A stretch of DNA of 62,672 nucleotides, filler included, from an uncultured bacterium (GTDB lineage Bacteria; CAZDME01; JAYEMH01), in assembly GCA_964506785.1 (NCBI GenBank). It is 3 parts of 3 records of this genome, joined end to end, with 100 filler letters (N's around TTAATTAATTAA, not from the genome) between each part and the next. Parts side by side here need not be neighbours in the genome. Positions count along the whole stretch, not along the records: positions 21,187 to 41,977 come from CAZDME010000020.1; positions 42,078 to 62,672 come from CAZDME010000021.1; 1 more part is not named here. One strand, given 5' to 3'. Shown here piece after piece: positions 39,091 through 48,987 of this stretch (position 1 is its first letter; every line of letters begins with the position of its first letter). Below the pieces are notes generated by a model. It did not search any database, had not been told where the DNA came from, and saw only the letters and a program-made list of their open reading frames with translations. The translations under genes were made by a program, and so were the position numbers.

Positions 39091-40082
39091 AAATCATTAC
39101 CATATCTCTTCTCTGTTTTTTTATTACCGGGTGCAGCACCGCTTATTATACCCGGCTTCCAGAGGAAGAAATTTTCCCCGAAGAGGCTCGCCGTCTTAAA
39201 TTGGCGGATTTAAAAAAATTCTACGCTTACGATAATCCTCAGGGAAAAATGGAGATTCATTTGCTTAAAGAGAGTTCTCGTTTTAGAATCTACCAGATTA
39301 AGTTTCCTTTTGTTTTAAGAAATTTTTTTCCGGATAAGGAGGTTGTTGAATTCGAATATTATCTCCCTAAAAGAGAAGGAAAGTTCCCGGCGATAGTGGT
39401 TCTTCCGCATTTGGCCGGGAAATCGGGCCTGGAAAGTTTTTTTGCCCGGGGATTGGTCAGAAAGGATTTTGCCGTTTTATCCATAGGAGAGCCATATTTT
39501 GCTAAAGACCGCCGGGAGGGGAGATGGTGGATGCATCAAATTCAAAGACCTGAAGATTTAGAAAAAATTAAAATGCTCTTTCGTCAGCTGGTGATTGATA
39601 CCCGCCGGGGGATAGATTTTTTAGAGGCCCAACCAGAGATTGACCCGGATAATATCGGGATATTAGGATTGAGTTTAGGCGGATGTCTGGCTGTGTTAGT
39701 AGCCGGGATTGAGGAGAGGGTAAAAGCAGATGCTTTTCTTCTTTCCGGAGGGGATTTAGTTACTTTAATTAAACAAAGTGATTATTCTGAAATTTTGCGC
39801 CGGCATATGGAGAAAGGGAATATTAGTTTTAAATTGCTGGGAGAAAATTGGCTGGAAATCGAACCTTTAGTTTTGGCTCCCTACCTTAACGGCCGGCCGA
39901 CGCTGATGATTAATGCCACTTTCGATCATTTAATGCCCTATACCTGCACAAAAAAACTCTGGCAGGCTTTAGGTAATCCCAGAATAATCTGGGTTCCCAG
40001 CGGGCATTATGGCTCAGCTATTTTTCTTGCTTATGCTCGAGGGGAAATAATTCGTTTTTTTGCTAAAGAATTATCTCGTTAG
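39078..40082 (+). CDS. alpha/beta hydrolase lipoprotein
   Basis: Lipobox FITGC; GLSLGG nucleophile elbow; Asp (FDH) and His (SGH). Confidence 0.85.
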   Translation: MVKLKIITISLLCFFITGCSTAYYTRLPEEEIFPEEARRLKLADLKKFYAYDNPQGKMEIHLLKESSRFRIYQIKFPFVLRNFFPDKEVVEFEYYLPKREGKFPAIVVLPHLAGKSGLESFFARGLVRKDFAVLSIGEPYFAKDRREGRWWMHQIQRPEDLEKIKMLFRQLVIDTRRGIDFLEAQPEIDPDNIGILGLSLGGCLAVLVAGIEERVKADAFLLSGGDLVTLIKQSDYSEILRRHMEKGNISFKLLGENWLEIEPLVLAPYLNGRPTLMINATFDHLMPYTCTKKLWQALGNPRIIWVPSGHYGSAIFLAYARGEIIRFFAKELSR

Positions 40083-40247
40083 CAACCCATAGCAATTTAT
40101 TCTTTAGTTTTCCTGAAGCTATGGAAAGCTGCGCTGTCCGTATTTAACTAATTAGCCTCAGGGGAAAATTCTTGCATTTATTGTTTCTTTATAGTAAAGT
40201 GTTGGCACCAGGGAGATGAATCCCGCATTTTTTACGGAGGGAAAGCA

Positions 40248-40715
40248 ATGGAATATACTTTTTTACCCATTCCTAAAAATTTCTGTTTGGTAAGCGGCAA
40301 AAGTGAAGGTGCCACTGAGCTTAATGCTTTCGATAATGCCTTGATTGCCGCCGGGATTGGCGACGCCAATTTGATTAAGGTAACCAGTATTATTCCTACC
40401 GGCTGTAAGTTTCAAAAAAAACCTAAACAATTTTTAAAGGGAGAATTTATCCCGGTTGTCTACGCAGAAAAGACTAGTTTGCTAAAGGGAGCCCGTATTG
40501 CCGCCGCCCTGGGAGTGGGAATTGCCTCCGATGGATTTGGTGTGGTTGTTGAGGCCAAAGGGGCCTCTTTCCGCCAGGTAGAAAAGGATATTGAGAAAAA
40601 AATTAAAGCGGCTTTTAAGATTCGCCGCTTGAGGTTAAAGGAAATAAGATTTACCGCTCAGGAACATCAGGTAAAAAAATGCGGCTGTGTTTTAGCCGCT
40701 TGTCTTTATTGGTAA
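40248..40715 (+). CDS. pdaD: pyruvoyl-dependent arginine decarboxylase
   Basis: LNAFDNAL..AGIGDANLIKVTSIIP (Thr-Ser cleavage site); first gene of the polyamine operon. Confidence 0.88.
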   Translation: MEYTFLPIPKNFCLVSGKSEGATELNAFDNALIAAGIGDANLIKVTSIIPTGCKFQKKPKQFLKGEFIPVVYAEKTSLLKGARIAAALGVGIASDGFGVVVEAKGASFRQVEKDIEKKIKAAFKIRRLRLKEIRFTAQEHQVKKCGCVLAACLYW

Positions 40716-40759
40716 GATAGAAGACAGGAGTCAGAAAACAGAGGATAGATAACAGAAAA
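40716..40759. repeat. 7-mer array (CAGAAGA family)
   Basis: atagaa gacagga gtcagaa aacagag gatagat aacagaa. Confidence 0.7.
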
Positions 40760-41608
40760 ATGGCGAAAAAGGATAGAAGGAAAATTAAATATTTTACTGA
40801 AGAGCAGGTGCCTGAGCTTTTTTTTCGGGTAGGGGTTAAACGAAAGCTTTGCTCTCTCAAAACCGCCTACCAGAAAGCAGAGATTTTTGAAAGCTATCCT
40901 TTGGGAAAACTTTTTTCTCTGGACGATATTGTTATGCTTAGCGAAAAAGATGAGGCTTTCTATCACGAGATGTTAGTTCATCCGGCCATGTTTCTTCATC
41001 GTTCGCCTAAAGATGTTCTCATTATTGGCGGCGGCGATGGAGGAACCTTACGTGAGGTTCTGCGGCATCGTTCGGTAAAGGAAGCCATAATGGTTGAAAT
41101 AGACGGCGGGGTAGTTGAAATATGCAAAAAATATCTGCCGGGAATTAATAGGGGAGCTTTTACTGATAAAAGGGCAATTCTGGAAATTAACGACGGGGCA
41201 AAGTTTTTAAAGGAAACCAAATCTAAGTTTGACATCATCTTGGTTGATTCCACTGACCCGATTGGCCCGGGCAAGGTTCTTTTTAGCCGTCTTTTTTACC
41301 AAGCGGCCCACCGGGCTTTGAATAAAGACGGGCTTTTTGCCTGTCAGTCCGGTTCGCCTTTCTATCAAGGAAAGGTTTTAAGACAAAATTACTTACACCT
41401 TAAAAAAATTTTCCCCTGGGTCAAAGTCTATCTTGGTTTTGTACCTTCTTATCCAAGCGGACTCTGGAGTTTTTGTCTGGCCGGCCGCACTCCTTACGAC
41501 ATTAACCGGCCGGTTAAACTCACCTTTAATACTAAATTTTACAATTCCCGGATTCATCAAGCCGCTTTTAAACTTCCTCAATTCGTCGAGAATTTACTAT
41601 GCCGGTAA
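40760..41608 (+). CDS. speE: polyamine aminopropyltransferase (spermidine synthase)
   Basis: YHEMLVHP, IIGGGDGG, VEID, DSTDP. Confidence 0.95.
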   Translation: MAKKDRRKIKYFTEEQVPELFFRVGVKRKLCSLKTAYQKAEIFESYPLGKLFSLDDIVMLSEKDEAFYHEMLVHPAMFLHRSPKDVLIIGGGDGGTLREVLRHRSVKEAIMVEIDGGVVEICKKYLPGINRGAFTDKRAILEINDGAKFLKETKSKFDIILVDSTDPIGPGKVLFSRLFYQAAHRALNKDGLFACQSGSPFYQGKVLRQNYLHLKKIFPWVKVYLGFVPSYPSGLWSFCLAGRTPYDINRPVKLTFNTKFYNSRIHQAAFKLPQFVENLLCR

Positions 41609-41977
41609 GCCGCGTTAGAAAACTTACACCGGGTATTAAAACCCGCCTTCGTAAACTAAAGAGCAGCTCTAAGGTAAGGCTCGAGACATTTCCTAACGGG
41701 GTCAAGTTTTTAGAAAGTAAAAATTTCCCTCAGGCAAAGCTCGCCATTTTAGGAATTCCTTTAGAAGCAACAGAGACCTTTCGCGGCGGAGTAAAAAAAG
41801 CTCCAGATGAAATTAGAAAAGCCTCTCATTCTCTCGAAAGTTATAGCCGTTTTTTAAATTATGACCTTAAAGATTTAAATTTCTCTGATTTAGGCAATTT
41901 ATCCTTAAACGGGAAATTGATAGAGACTTAAATTTAATTGAGAAGAAAACTTCCTCTTTCCTTAAGGAGAAAAAAAA
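41599..41977 (+). CDS. speB: agmatinase, 5' part (frameshift near 41910, cut by contig end)
   Basis: ILGIPLEATETFRGG..KAPDEIRKAS, DLGNL; an alternative frame continues EIDRDLNLIEKKTSSFLKEKK. Confidence 0.8.
41608..41702. repeat. palindromic element inserted in frame in the speB N-terminus
   Basis: CCGCGTTAGAAAA ... TTTCCTAACGGGGT; reads SRVRK...FPNGV. Confidence 0.7.
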
Positions 41978-42077
41978 NNNNNNNNNNNNNNNNNNNNNNN
42001 NNNNNNNNNNNNNNNNNNNNNTTAATTAATTAANNNNNNNNNNNNNNNNNNNNNNNNNNNNNNNNNNNNNNNNNNNN
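41978..42077. other. artificial contig-join spacer
   Basis: 100-nt N run with central TTAATTAATTAA. Confidence 0.98.
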
Positions 42078-42231
42078 GCTCTTTTCATACCTCTCCTTAT
42101 CCTTAATTGATATTTAAATTTAATTTGCGCGTACCGATTGGTGTATTATAACATATAGGTTATATAAGTAAAGGAGTTTTTTGCCCCGCCTTTCTGCTCG
42201 CGGGTTTAAGCCTGGGCTTCAATAGGAAGGG

Positions 42232-44610
42232 CTAAAATTTCACTTCATGTTCAAGGCCAACAAAATCCTCATCTTCTTCAATGCGCAATTTGAATTTTTC
42301 TTTCCCTTTTATCCTATATTCCAATTCCATTTCAGGACCTGGTTCTTCAGCCAAATCTTCTTCTGGCTTACCTACCGTAGGAGTCCTCAAGCTCACGGCA
42401 AAACCTCCGGATACCTCCTTAGTCAAACTTAGCTCATCTTTCTCTTCTTTTTGATCGATTTCCCATCCTTTCCAAACCATCTGGCTCTCATCCAGAAGAT
42501 ACTCAATGTCTCTAAACATCTGCTTGCCTTTTCCGCTAAAGTCTATCGGCCCTCGGCAAATAAGCCTCGTTCCGTCCATTACCACCGGTGATTCCTTCAG
42601 GATAAAGCATGGATTGATTCCTTCAATTTGGAACTTGGCATATTCGATGTTTTTCTTCCCGATTTTAGAATCCTTTAACTCGACTATCCCTTGAACGGCT
42701 ATTTCCGGCCATTTCCCTTTACATTCTATTTTCCCAGAGGCTCTACCGAAATTATCCTCTGCAGAGAAACTGGGAGAAAACCCAAGAAGGGGAACTATAT
42801 CAGCGTTTTCTAAAGTTAAACTTAAATTAATCACCTGCGGGTTGAAACCAATCTCCCCTTCTAAAAAATAAGCCTCAAGCCACCTCATCTTTTCGATAAT
42901 TATTTTTTTTGACCCTATCTTTAATAAACCCCTCATGGGTAAATATTCTTTCCCTTGAATGACTACCGGCTCAACCAATATTTTACCGGTAAACCCCGCA
43001 GGCAGCATCTCACCTGTCAAATTCAACTGGGCTTGAGAAGAAACCTTTTTCCCCTCTAAATTAGCTTTAAGTTTCAGAATATCTGCTTTTTTCTCCCCTT
43101 TAAGGCGGCAAATCAATTTTCCTGAAGATAAAACTGACTCTTCAAGAACTAACCGCTCCTTATCTCCTCTTAAATTAATCTGGCCGTTTAGCCTGCTCGA
43201 CGAATTATCCGCCAGGGGCAAATCTTTTAAAAAAAGTTGAAGCCGCAATAAATAAGGATGAGAAGAAAGGGAGCCGGTTAGGTATGCTTTTTCGCCAAGA
43301 GAGACATTTTCTATTCTGACTGAATCTGCATCCTTTTTAATTTTCCATTTAATAATATTTTTCTTTCCAAAGCGTTCCCAAACCAAATTTCCTTGATAAT
43401 TAACCTCAGGGGAACCGATTAAGCCGGTAACCCTGCCCTCCGCTTTAAATACCCCGGGAAAATCCGGCCACTTCTTTAAGTAAAAAGATAAATTTTTGCT
43501 TCCTAAAGGCGGCAGGCAAAAATGAAATCCATAGGTTAAATCATCCTTTACCTCCGCCTGCCAGACTAATTTTCCCAGCTCAGCCACAAATATTTCTCCA
43601 TTTTTACAGAACAGGTTTTGGTCGACACGGCCTAATTGACAGCTAATCTTTTCTAAAGAAATTTTCTCCTCCCCTTGAACAAAAATAAGGTTTCCTAAAA
43701 CCCTGGGTTCAAATAAAGGCCCGCTGAAGTTTATCTCCCCAAAACACTCGGCAAAAGGCAGCTTAATCCCTTTTATTTTCATCTGACTGACCAGATTCGG
43801 TTTAGAAAAAATTTCGGTAACTTTTATTTTCCCGGCAATTTGTCCTTTTAGAATTTTTGCCTGGGCTGGCGAAAAATTAATAAATCCATCGCCAAAATAA
43901 AAGTTGGATTTGATCTGCGGAAATTGGAAATTTTTAGACCCGACGTTATTCAATACGATTTCGCCCAGAACTTTTATTTTCCCCGGCTCTCCAGTTAAAC
44001 GTCCAGAAATCCTGCCCCGGCCGGAAAGTTTCAAAGGTTCCAATCTTGGCCAAAATCCGGCTAAATCCTTTATTCCAAAATTGTCTGTCTCGACATCTAA
44101 ATCAATCGTTGGGCCGGCGACAAAATTTCTCAGCCAACCCTTTAGAATCACTTTAGTTTCTCCCAGAGGAAATATCAGGCGGTCAACGTAAAAGTCGTGG
44201 TTGGTTACCACGATTTTCCCTTTGATATTTTTCACCGGCTTGGCTAATGAACGTAATTTCATATTCCCTCCCTGAAAAGATATTTTGCGGAAGGCCTGTT
44301 GATAATCTTTCTTACCTCTAATTAAGTTAAAAAAATTCAGGTGGGTTACCAGCCGGGCCGCCCGAAAACGCTCCAGGGGATATTCTTCTCCAAGAGTCCG
44401 AACCTCCAGGTCAAAAAGATATATTCCTCCTAAAAAACTTACTTTCACTTCTCTTACGGTTATCTCCCTCCCCAGTTTATGGGAAAGCATATCTATCAAG
44501 CTGGCTTTGTAATCTCTTACGAATTTGTTTAAGACAATAAATATGGAAACTCTCCCCGCTAAAAAAAGAATTAAAAGAGAGATAACGACTATCTTTATCT
44601 TTTTTTTCAT
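42232..44610 (-). CDS. AsmA/TamB-like periplasm-spanning beta-rich protein
   Basis: N-terminal membrane anchor, then LSHKLGREITV and repeated amphipathic beta strands (G.I.G.L.G patterns). Confidence 0.6.
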   Translation of the reverse strand: MKKKIKIVVISLLILFLAGRVSIFIVLNKFVRDYKASLIDMLSHKLGREITVREVKVSFLGGIYLFDLEVRTLGEEYPLERFRAARLVTHLNFFNLIRGKKDYQQAFRKISFQGGNMKLRSLAKPVKNIKGKIVVTNHDFYVDRLIFPLGETKVILKGWLRNFVAGPTIDLDVETDNFGIKDLAGFWPRLEPLKLSGRGRISGRLTGEPGKIKVLGEIVLNNVGSKNFQFPQIKSNFYFGDGFINFSPAQAKILKGQIAGKIKVTEIFSKPNLVSQMKIKGIKLPFAECFGEINFSGPLFEPRVLGNLIFVQGEEKISLEKISCQLGRVDQNLFCKNGEIFVAELGKLVWQAEVKDDLTYGFHFCLPPLGSKNLSFYLKKWPDFPGVFKAEGRVTGLIGSPEVNYQGNLVWERFGKKNIIKWKIKKDADSVRIENVSLGEKAYLTGSLSSHPYLLRLQLFLKDLPLADNSSSRLNGQINLRGDKERLVLEESVLSSGKLICRLKGEKKADILKLKANLEGKKVSSQAQLNLTGEMLPAGFTGKILVEPVVIQGKEYLPMRGLLKIGSKKIIIEKMRWLEAYFLEGEIGFNPQVINLSLTLENADIVPLLGFSPSFSAEDNFGRASGKIECKGKWPEIAVQGIVELKDSKIGKKNIEYAKFQIEGINPCFILKESPVVMDGTRLICRGPIDFSGKGKQMFRDIEYLLDESQMVWKGWEIDQKEEKDELSLTKEVSGGFAVSLRTPTVGKPEEDLAEEPGPEMELEYRIKGKEKFKLRIEEDEDFVGLEHEVKF

Positions 44611-44667
44611 AAGGGATTTCTCGCTGGTTTTAGGCTTCTCAGGATGAATAAAACCGCTTGGCTTTAT

Positions 44668-47115
44668 TTATTTGTTATCTGCCTTTTCAAATACTAATTT
44701 ATCCTTTTGGGATTTTACTACAACTAGAGAACCAATCGGAAATTTGCCTTTTAGCATATCCATAGACAGGGGGTCTTCGATAAACCTCTGAATAGCTCGG
44801 CGTAAGGGGCGGGCTCCAAAGCTGGGGTCGTATCCTTTATCAATCAAAAACTCTTTGGCTTCGTTGGTGAGTTTTATCTTTAATTCTTTCTCGGTAAGGC
44901 GTTTCTTTACCTTTTCCACCATTAAATCAACAATTTGCATAAGGTCTTCTTTAGAAAGAGACGAAAAAACAACCATTTCATCAATGCGGTTAAGAAATTC
45001 GGGCTGAAAGGTCTTTCTAAGTTCATCCATCAATTTGTCTTTCATCTCTTTGTAAGATTCAGCCCGATCAGGCGCAGTAAAACCCAAAGAAGTTTTTTTA
45101 TCAATCAAACGCGCCCCGACATTTGAAGTCATTATTAAAACTACATTTCGGAAATCTACGGCCCGGCCCAGACTATCGGTAAGACGCCCGTCTTCAATAA
45201 CCTGAAGAAGAATGTTAAAGACATCGGGATGAGCCTTTTCTATTTCATCTAAAAGGACAACAGAATAAGGCCTCCTTCTGACTTTTTCGGTTAACTGCCC
45301 GCCTTCTTCATAGCCGACATAACCCGGAGGCGCTCCCACTAAACGAGAAACCGCAAATTTTTCCATATATTCGGACATATCAATTTGAATCATCGCCTCT
45401 TCATTGCCAAAAAGAAATTCAGCTAAAGCTCGAGCCAGCTCGGTTTTTCCCACTCCGGTAGGCCCCAAAAAGATAAAAGAGCCAATCGGCCGTTTGGGGT
45501 CTTTTATCCCCGCCCGTGAACGCCGCACCGCCCGGGTAACCACTGATAAAGCCTCATCCTGTCCGACAACTCTTTTATGAAGCTCTTCTTCCATCCTGAG
45601 AAGCCGGCCGGTCTCTTCCTCTTCCAACTGGGTAACCGGAATACCCGTCCATTTGGAAACAATCGAAGCAATATCTTCCCCGGTAACAAGAACCTTTTCT
45701 TCAGCCGTTTCATCTTTCTTCCACTGCTTCTTAGTCGTCTCCAGTTCTACCTTGAGTTGATGGTGCGTATCCCGAAGGCCGGCGGCGCGTTCGAATTCCT
45801 GCATTTTGACTGCCGCTTCTTTCTCTTTGTTCACTTTAGAAATTTCCTTTTCCAATTCCTGCAGTTTAGGCGGCGGGGTGCCTGCTTTTAAACGAGCTCG
45901 AGAACCAGCTTCGTCAATCAAATCAATCGCCTTATCAGGTAAAAATCTTCCGGAGATATATCGGTCAGAAAGCTTGGCCGCCATCTCCAAAGCTTCATCA
46001 GTAATTTTTACCCGGTGGTGAGTCTCATAACGGCCCCTTAATCCTTTAAGAATCTCGATGGTTTCATTAACCGTTGGCGGTTCGATAAAAATGGGCTGAA
46101 ATCTCCTCTCTAAAGCAGCGTCTTTTTCAACATGTTTGCGATATTCGTCTAAAGTAGTCGCTCCAATACATTGAATTTCTCCGCGAGAAAGAGCCGGTTT
46201 CAAAATGTTGGACGCATCAATTGCTCCTTCAGCCGCCCCGGCCCCCACCAGATTATGCAATTCATCGATAAAAACAATTACGTCTTTAGAACGGCGGATT
46301 TCATTCATTACCGCTTTAATTCTCTCTTCAAACTGACCGCGGTACTTAGTCCCGGCGACCATTAAAGCTAAATCCAGAGTTACTAATCGGCGGTTTTTCA
46401 ATACATGAGAAATTTCGTCGGCAACGATTCTCTGCGCTAAACCTTCAACAATGGCCGTCTTGCCGACACCAGCTTCTCCAATGAGAACGGGATTATTCTT
46501 TGTCCGGCGGCTCAAAACCTGGATGACTCTTTCAATTTCATCTTGGCGGCCGATAACCGGGTCAAGTTTATCTTGACGGGCTAACTCGGTTAAATCCCGG
46601 CTAAAAGCGTCTAAAGCCGGGCTTTTAGATTTTTTGGCCGTCTCTCCGGCTATCCCTAAGCCTGGGGGAGATTCGGCTGCTCCTCCTAAAAGATTACTGA
46701 TTTCTATTTTTACCTTTTCAAAGGTAAGTCCCATTTTTTCTAAAACTCTAGCGGCCACACCTTCACCTTCCCGGACCAAACCAAGCAGGATATGTTCCGT
46801 GCCAATATAGGTATGAGCCATCGCTTGAGCGCTCTCAATAGCCAATTCCAAAACCTTCTTAGCCCGGGGGGTAAAAGGTATCTCTCCTAAGGTTAAAGTT
46901 GGCGGCCCGCCTTGGACCATCTTTTCGACTTCTAATCGGAGGCTGTCTAAATCCAAACTTAAATTCTGCAGGACAATGGCGGCTACACCCTCTCCTTCGC
47001 GAACTAAACCTAAAAGGAGATGTTCGGTGCCGATATAATTATGCCCTAATTTGCCCGCTTCTTCACGAGCAAGTTTTATTACCCTCTTTGCTCTTTCGGT
47101 AAAATGTTCAAACAT
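44668..47115 (-). CDS. clpC: ATP-dependent Clp protease ATPase ClpC
   Basis: Two Clp N repeats (YIGTEH), [11 protein letters not shown] coiled coil, [15 protein letters not shown]. Confidence 0.96.
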   Translation of the reverse strand: MFEHFTERAKRVIKLAREEAGKLGHNYIGTEHLLLGLVREGEGVAAIVLQNLSLDLDSLRLEVEKMVQGGPPTLTLGEIPFTPRAKKVLELAIESAQAMAHTYIGTEHILLGLVREGEGVAARVLEKMGLTFEKVKIEISNLLGGAAESPPGLGIAGETAKKSKSPALDAFSRDLTELARQDKLDPVIGRQDEIERVIQVLSRRTKNNPVLIGEAGVGKTAIVEGLAQRIVADEISHVLKNRRLVTLDLALMVAGTKYRGQFEERIKAVMNEIRRSKDVIVFIDELHNLVGAGAAEGAIDASNILKPALSRGEIQCIGATTLDEYRKHVEKDAALERRFQPIFIEPPTVNETIEILKGLRGRYETHHRVKITDEALEMAAKLSDRYISGRFLPDKAIDLIDEAGSRARLKAGTPPPKLQELEKEISKVNKEKEAAVKMQEFERAAGLRDTHHQLKVELETTKKQWKKDETAEEKVLVTGEDIASIVSKWTGIPVTQLEEEETGRLLRMEEELHKRVVGQDEALSVVTRAVRRSRAGIKDPKRPIGSFIFLGPTGVGKTELARALAEFLFGNEEAMIQIDMSEYMEKFAVSRLVGAPPGYVGYEEGGQLTEKVRRRPYSVVLLDEIEKAHPDVFNILLQVIEDGRLTDSLGRAVDFRNVVLIMTSNVGARLIDKKTSLGFTAPDRAESYKEMKDKLMDELRKTFQPEFLNRIDEMVVFSSLSKEDLMQIVDLMVEKVKKRLTEKELKIKLTNEAKEFLIDKGYDPSFGARPLRRAIQRFIEDPLSMDMLKGKFPIGSLVVVKSQKDKLVFEKADNK

Positions 47116-47151
47116 AAGTCCTTACCTCCCTCAATAGCTCTATTTGGCTTT

Positions 47152-47281
47152 TAGCTCATCGCTCATAGTTCATTGCTCATAGTTAAAATATTTGTTTTTT
47201 ACCATGAGCCATCAGCTATGAGCAATGAGCCACTTTTACATTACACATATCACATTACACATTACACAATTACAATGAGCT
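47152..47281. repeat. composite 7-mer element: inverted GCTCATA/TATGAGC arms plus ATTACAC array
   Basis: tagctca tcgctca tagttca ttgctca / ccatga gccatca gctatga gcaatga, then ttacatt acacat... Related to 51853-51935 and 54615-54691. Confidence 0.85.
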
Positions 47282-47282
47282 G

Positions 47283-48347
47283 TCAGCCATAAGGATGAGC
47301 TAATTTTTCCCTAATTATCGCTGCCCTTTTTTCATCTCTTTCCATCGGGGTTAATGCTTTTTTTCCCATCTTCTGCAGGTGCGCCGGCTGGGTAATAATA
47401 AATAATTCGTTTATTTTTTTTCGATCTACTTCCTTTTCGCTTATAATCCCCAAAGCCAGACCAAGTCGGATAGTTGATAATAAACCGATTGTCTCCTGGC
47501 TGCTGATAAGGCGGACATTTTTTAAAATCCCTAAAGCCCGAAAGACTTTATCGGCGGTTTCTGACTTTGATTTATCCAAAACAATTTTTTTTGCGTTCTG
47601 TTCATATTCGATAATTTGTTTAATTACCCGGTCAATATTTTCAATAAGTTCTTCCTCAGTTCTTCCCAGACAAATCTGATTGGAAATTTGGAAGTAATTA
47701 CCGGTTGCCTGCGTTCCTTCTCCGTAAAGCCCGCGCACCGCTAATCCTAATTTGGCTACCGCTTGCAGCAGGCGATTAATATCCCGGGAAAGGGCTAAAG
47801 CCGGCAGGTGCATTAAGACCGAAGCCCTTAGCCCGGTCCCGGTATTAGTTGGACAAGCAGTTAAATATCCCCATTTTGAAGAAAAAGCGTAATTTAGATT
47901 TTTTCCTAACTCATCGTCAACTTTAGTGGAAATTTCCCAGGCTTGATGAAATTCTAATCCGGAAAAAATAATCTGAAGGCGCAGATGATCTTCCTCATTA
48001 ACCATCACCCCGATTATTTCTTTTTCTCCGATAATCACCGCTCTGTCTTTATCCCCCCGGGTTTGCTCCTGGCTGATCAGGTGCCGTTCGGCTAAAAATT
48101 GCCTGTCCAAAAGAGGGATTTGGTCTAAACGGATGAACAGGCTTTTTTTCAGACTCGGGCTTTTGGCGGCTGCTTCCTGGACTAAAGAAAGCACCTTTTC
48201 CCTATCATCCTTTTTTGCCCACTGGGGAAAAGGAATTTTAGTGATATTCCGCGCCAGTCTTATACGGCTGCTAATAACCACCTCGCCATAAGAACCTTCG
48301 CCCTGAAGCCATTGTCCGGATTGATGGATTAAATCTTCGAATTTCAT
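47283..48347 (-). CDS. mcsB: protein arginine kinase
   Basis: SSRIRLARN, NEEDHLR, GYLTACPTNTGTGLRAS, VRGLYGEG. Confidence 0.95.
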   Translation of the reverse strand: MKFEDLIHQSGQWLQGEGSYGEVVISSRIRLARNITKIPFPQWAKKDDREKVLSLVQEAAAKSPSLKKSLFIRLDQIPLLDRQFLAERHLISQEQTRGDKDRAVIIGEKEIIGVMVNEEDHLRLQIIFSGLEFHQAWEISTKVDDELGKNLNYAFSSKWGYLTACPTNTGTGLRASVLMHLPALALSRDINRLLQAVAKLGLAVRGLYGEGTQATGNYFQISNQICLGRTEEELIENIDRVIKQIIEYEQNAKKIVLDKSKSETADKVFRALGILKNVRLISSQETIGLLSTIRLGLALGIISEKEVDRKKINELFIITQPAHLQKMGKKALTPMERDEKRAAIIREKLAHPYG

Positions 48348-48351
48348 TTTT

Positions 48352-48867
48352 TTACGAATTAGTTTCCTTTTTTTCTAATGCTCGGATTTTATCCCTGATT
48401 TTGGCTGCTTTTTCAAATTCCTCTCGTTCTACCGCTTGAACTAATTCAGCTTTAAGTTTCTCTATTCCAGAAAGAGGTTCTATCTTCCGGCGGCTGATTT
48501 TCCCTTTGCCTTTTTTAGGGAATTTTCCCCGGTGCTGTATGCTTCCATGAATTTTCCTGAGAAGAGGAACCAATGTTTTAGCAAAACTTTGATAACATTC
48601 ACTGCAGCCCAAACGGCCAATCTTTGCAAATTGGGCATGGCTTAAGCCGCAATTCTTGCACTTAATTTCCGCCTTTTCAACCTGAGGGGGACTAATGCCT
48701 AAATTGATTAGTCCAACGAGAAGATCGGCAATGGAAAAATGAGGCTGCATGCTTAAACCCTTCTCCTGGGCGCAATCCTCACAAAGGTGCAGCTCCTTAA
48801 TCTGGTTATTTACCACTTCGGTAAAATGGACGGTGGCTTCTTTTTCCCCGCAAATCTGGCATAACAT
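48352..48867 (-). CDS. mcsA: McsB activator McsA
   Basis: Four CxxC motifs, GRLGCSECY, C-terminal UVR domain. Confidence 0.93.
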   Translation of the reverse strand: MLCQICGEKEATVHFTEVVNNQIKELHLCEDCAQEKGLSMQPHFSIADLLVGLINLGISPPQVEKAEIKCKNCGLSHAQFAKIGRLGCSECYQSFAKTLVPLLRKIHGSIQHRGKFPKKGKGKISRRKIEPLSGIEKLKAELVQAVEREEFEKAAKIRDKIRALEKKETNS

Positions 48868-48890
48868 TTTAACCTCGCTCCGCTCCCTAA

Positions 48891-48987
48891 TAGTATCAAA
48901 GTGTCAGAGTATCAAAGTGTCAGAGTATCAAAGTTGCTTTGACACGAGCTCACGAAGTGAGCGATGACACTTTGACATTTTGACACT
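48891..48987. repeat. inverted 8-mer arrays with an internal hairpin
   Basis: (agtatcaa agtgtcag)x2 agtatcaa ... tttgacac GCTCAC-gaa-GTGAGC tgacact ttgacatt ttgacact. Confidence 0.85.

Noticed and set aside
42078-42088. Start of a minus-strand gene (ATG 42088 with GGAGAGG SD)
   Set aside because: Only three codons precede the gap, so it cannot be identified.
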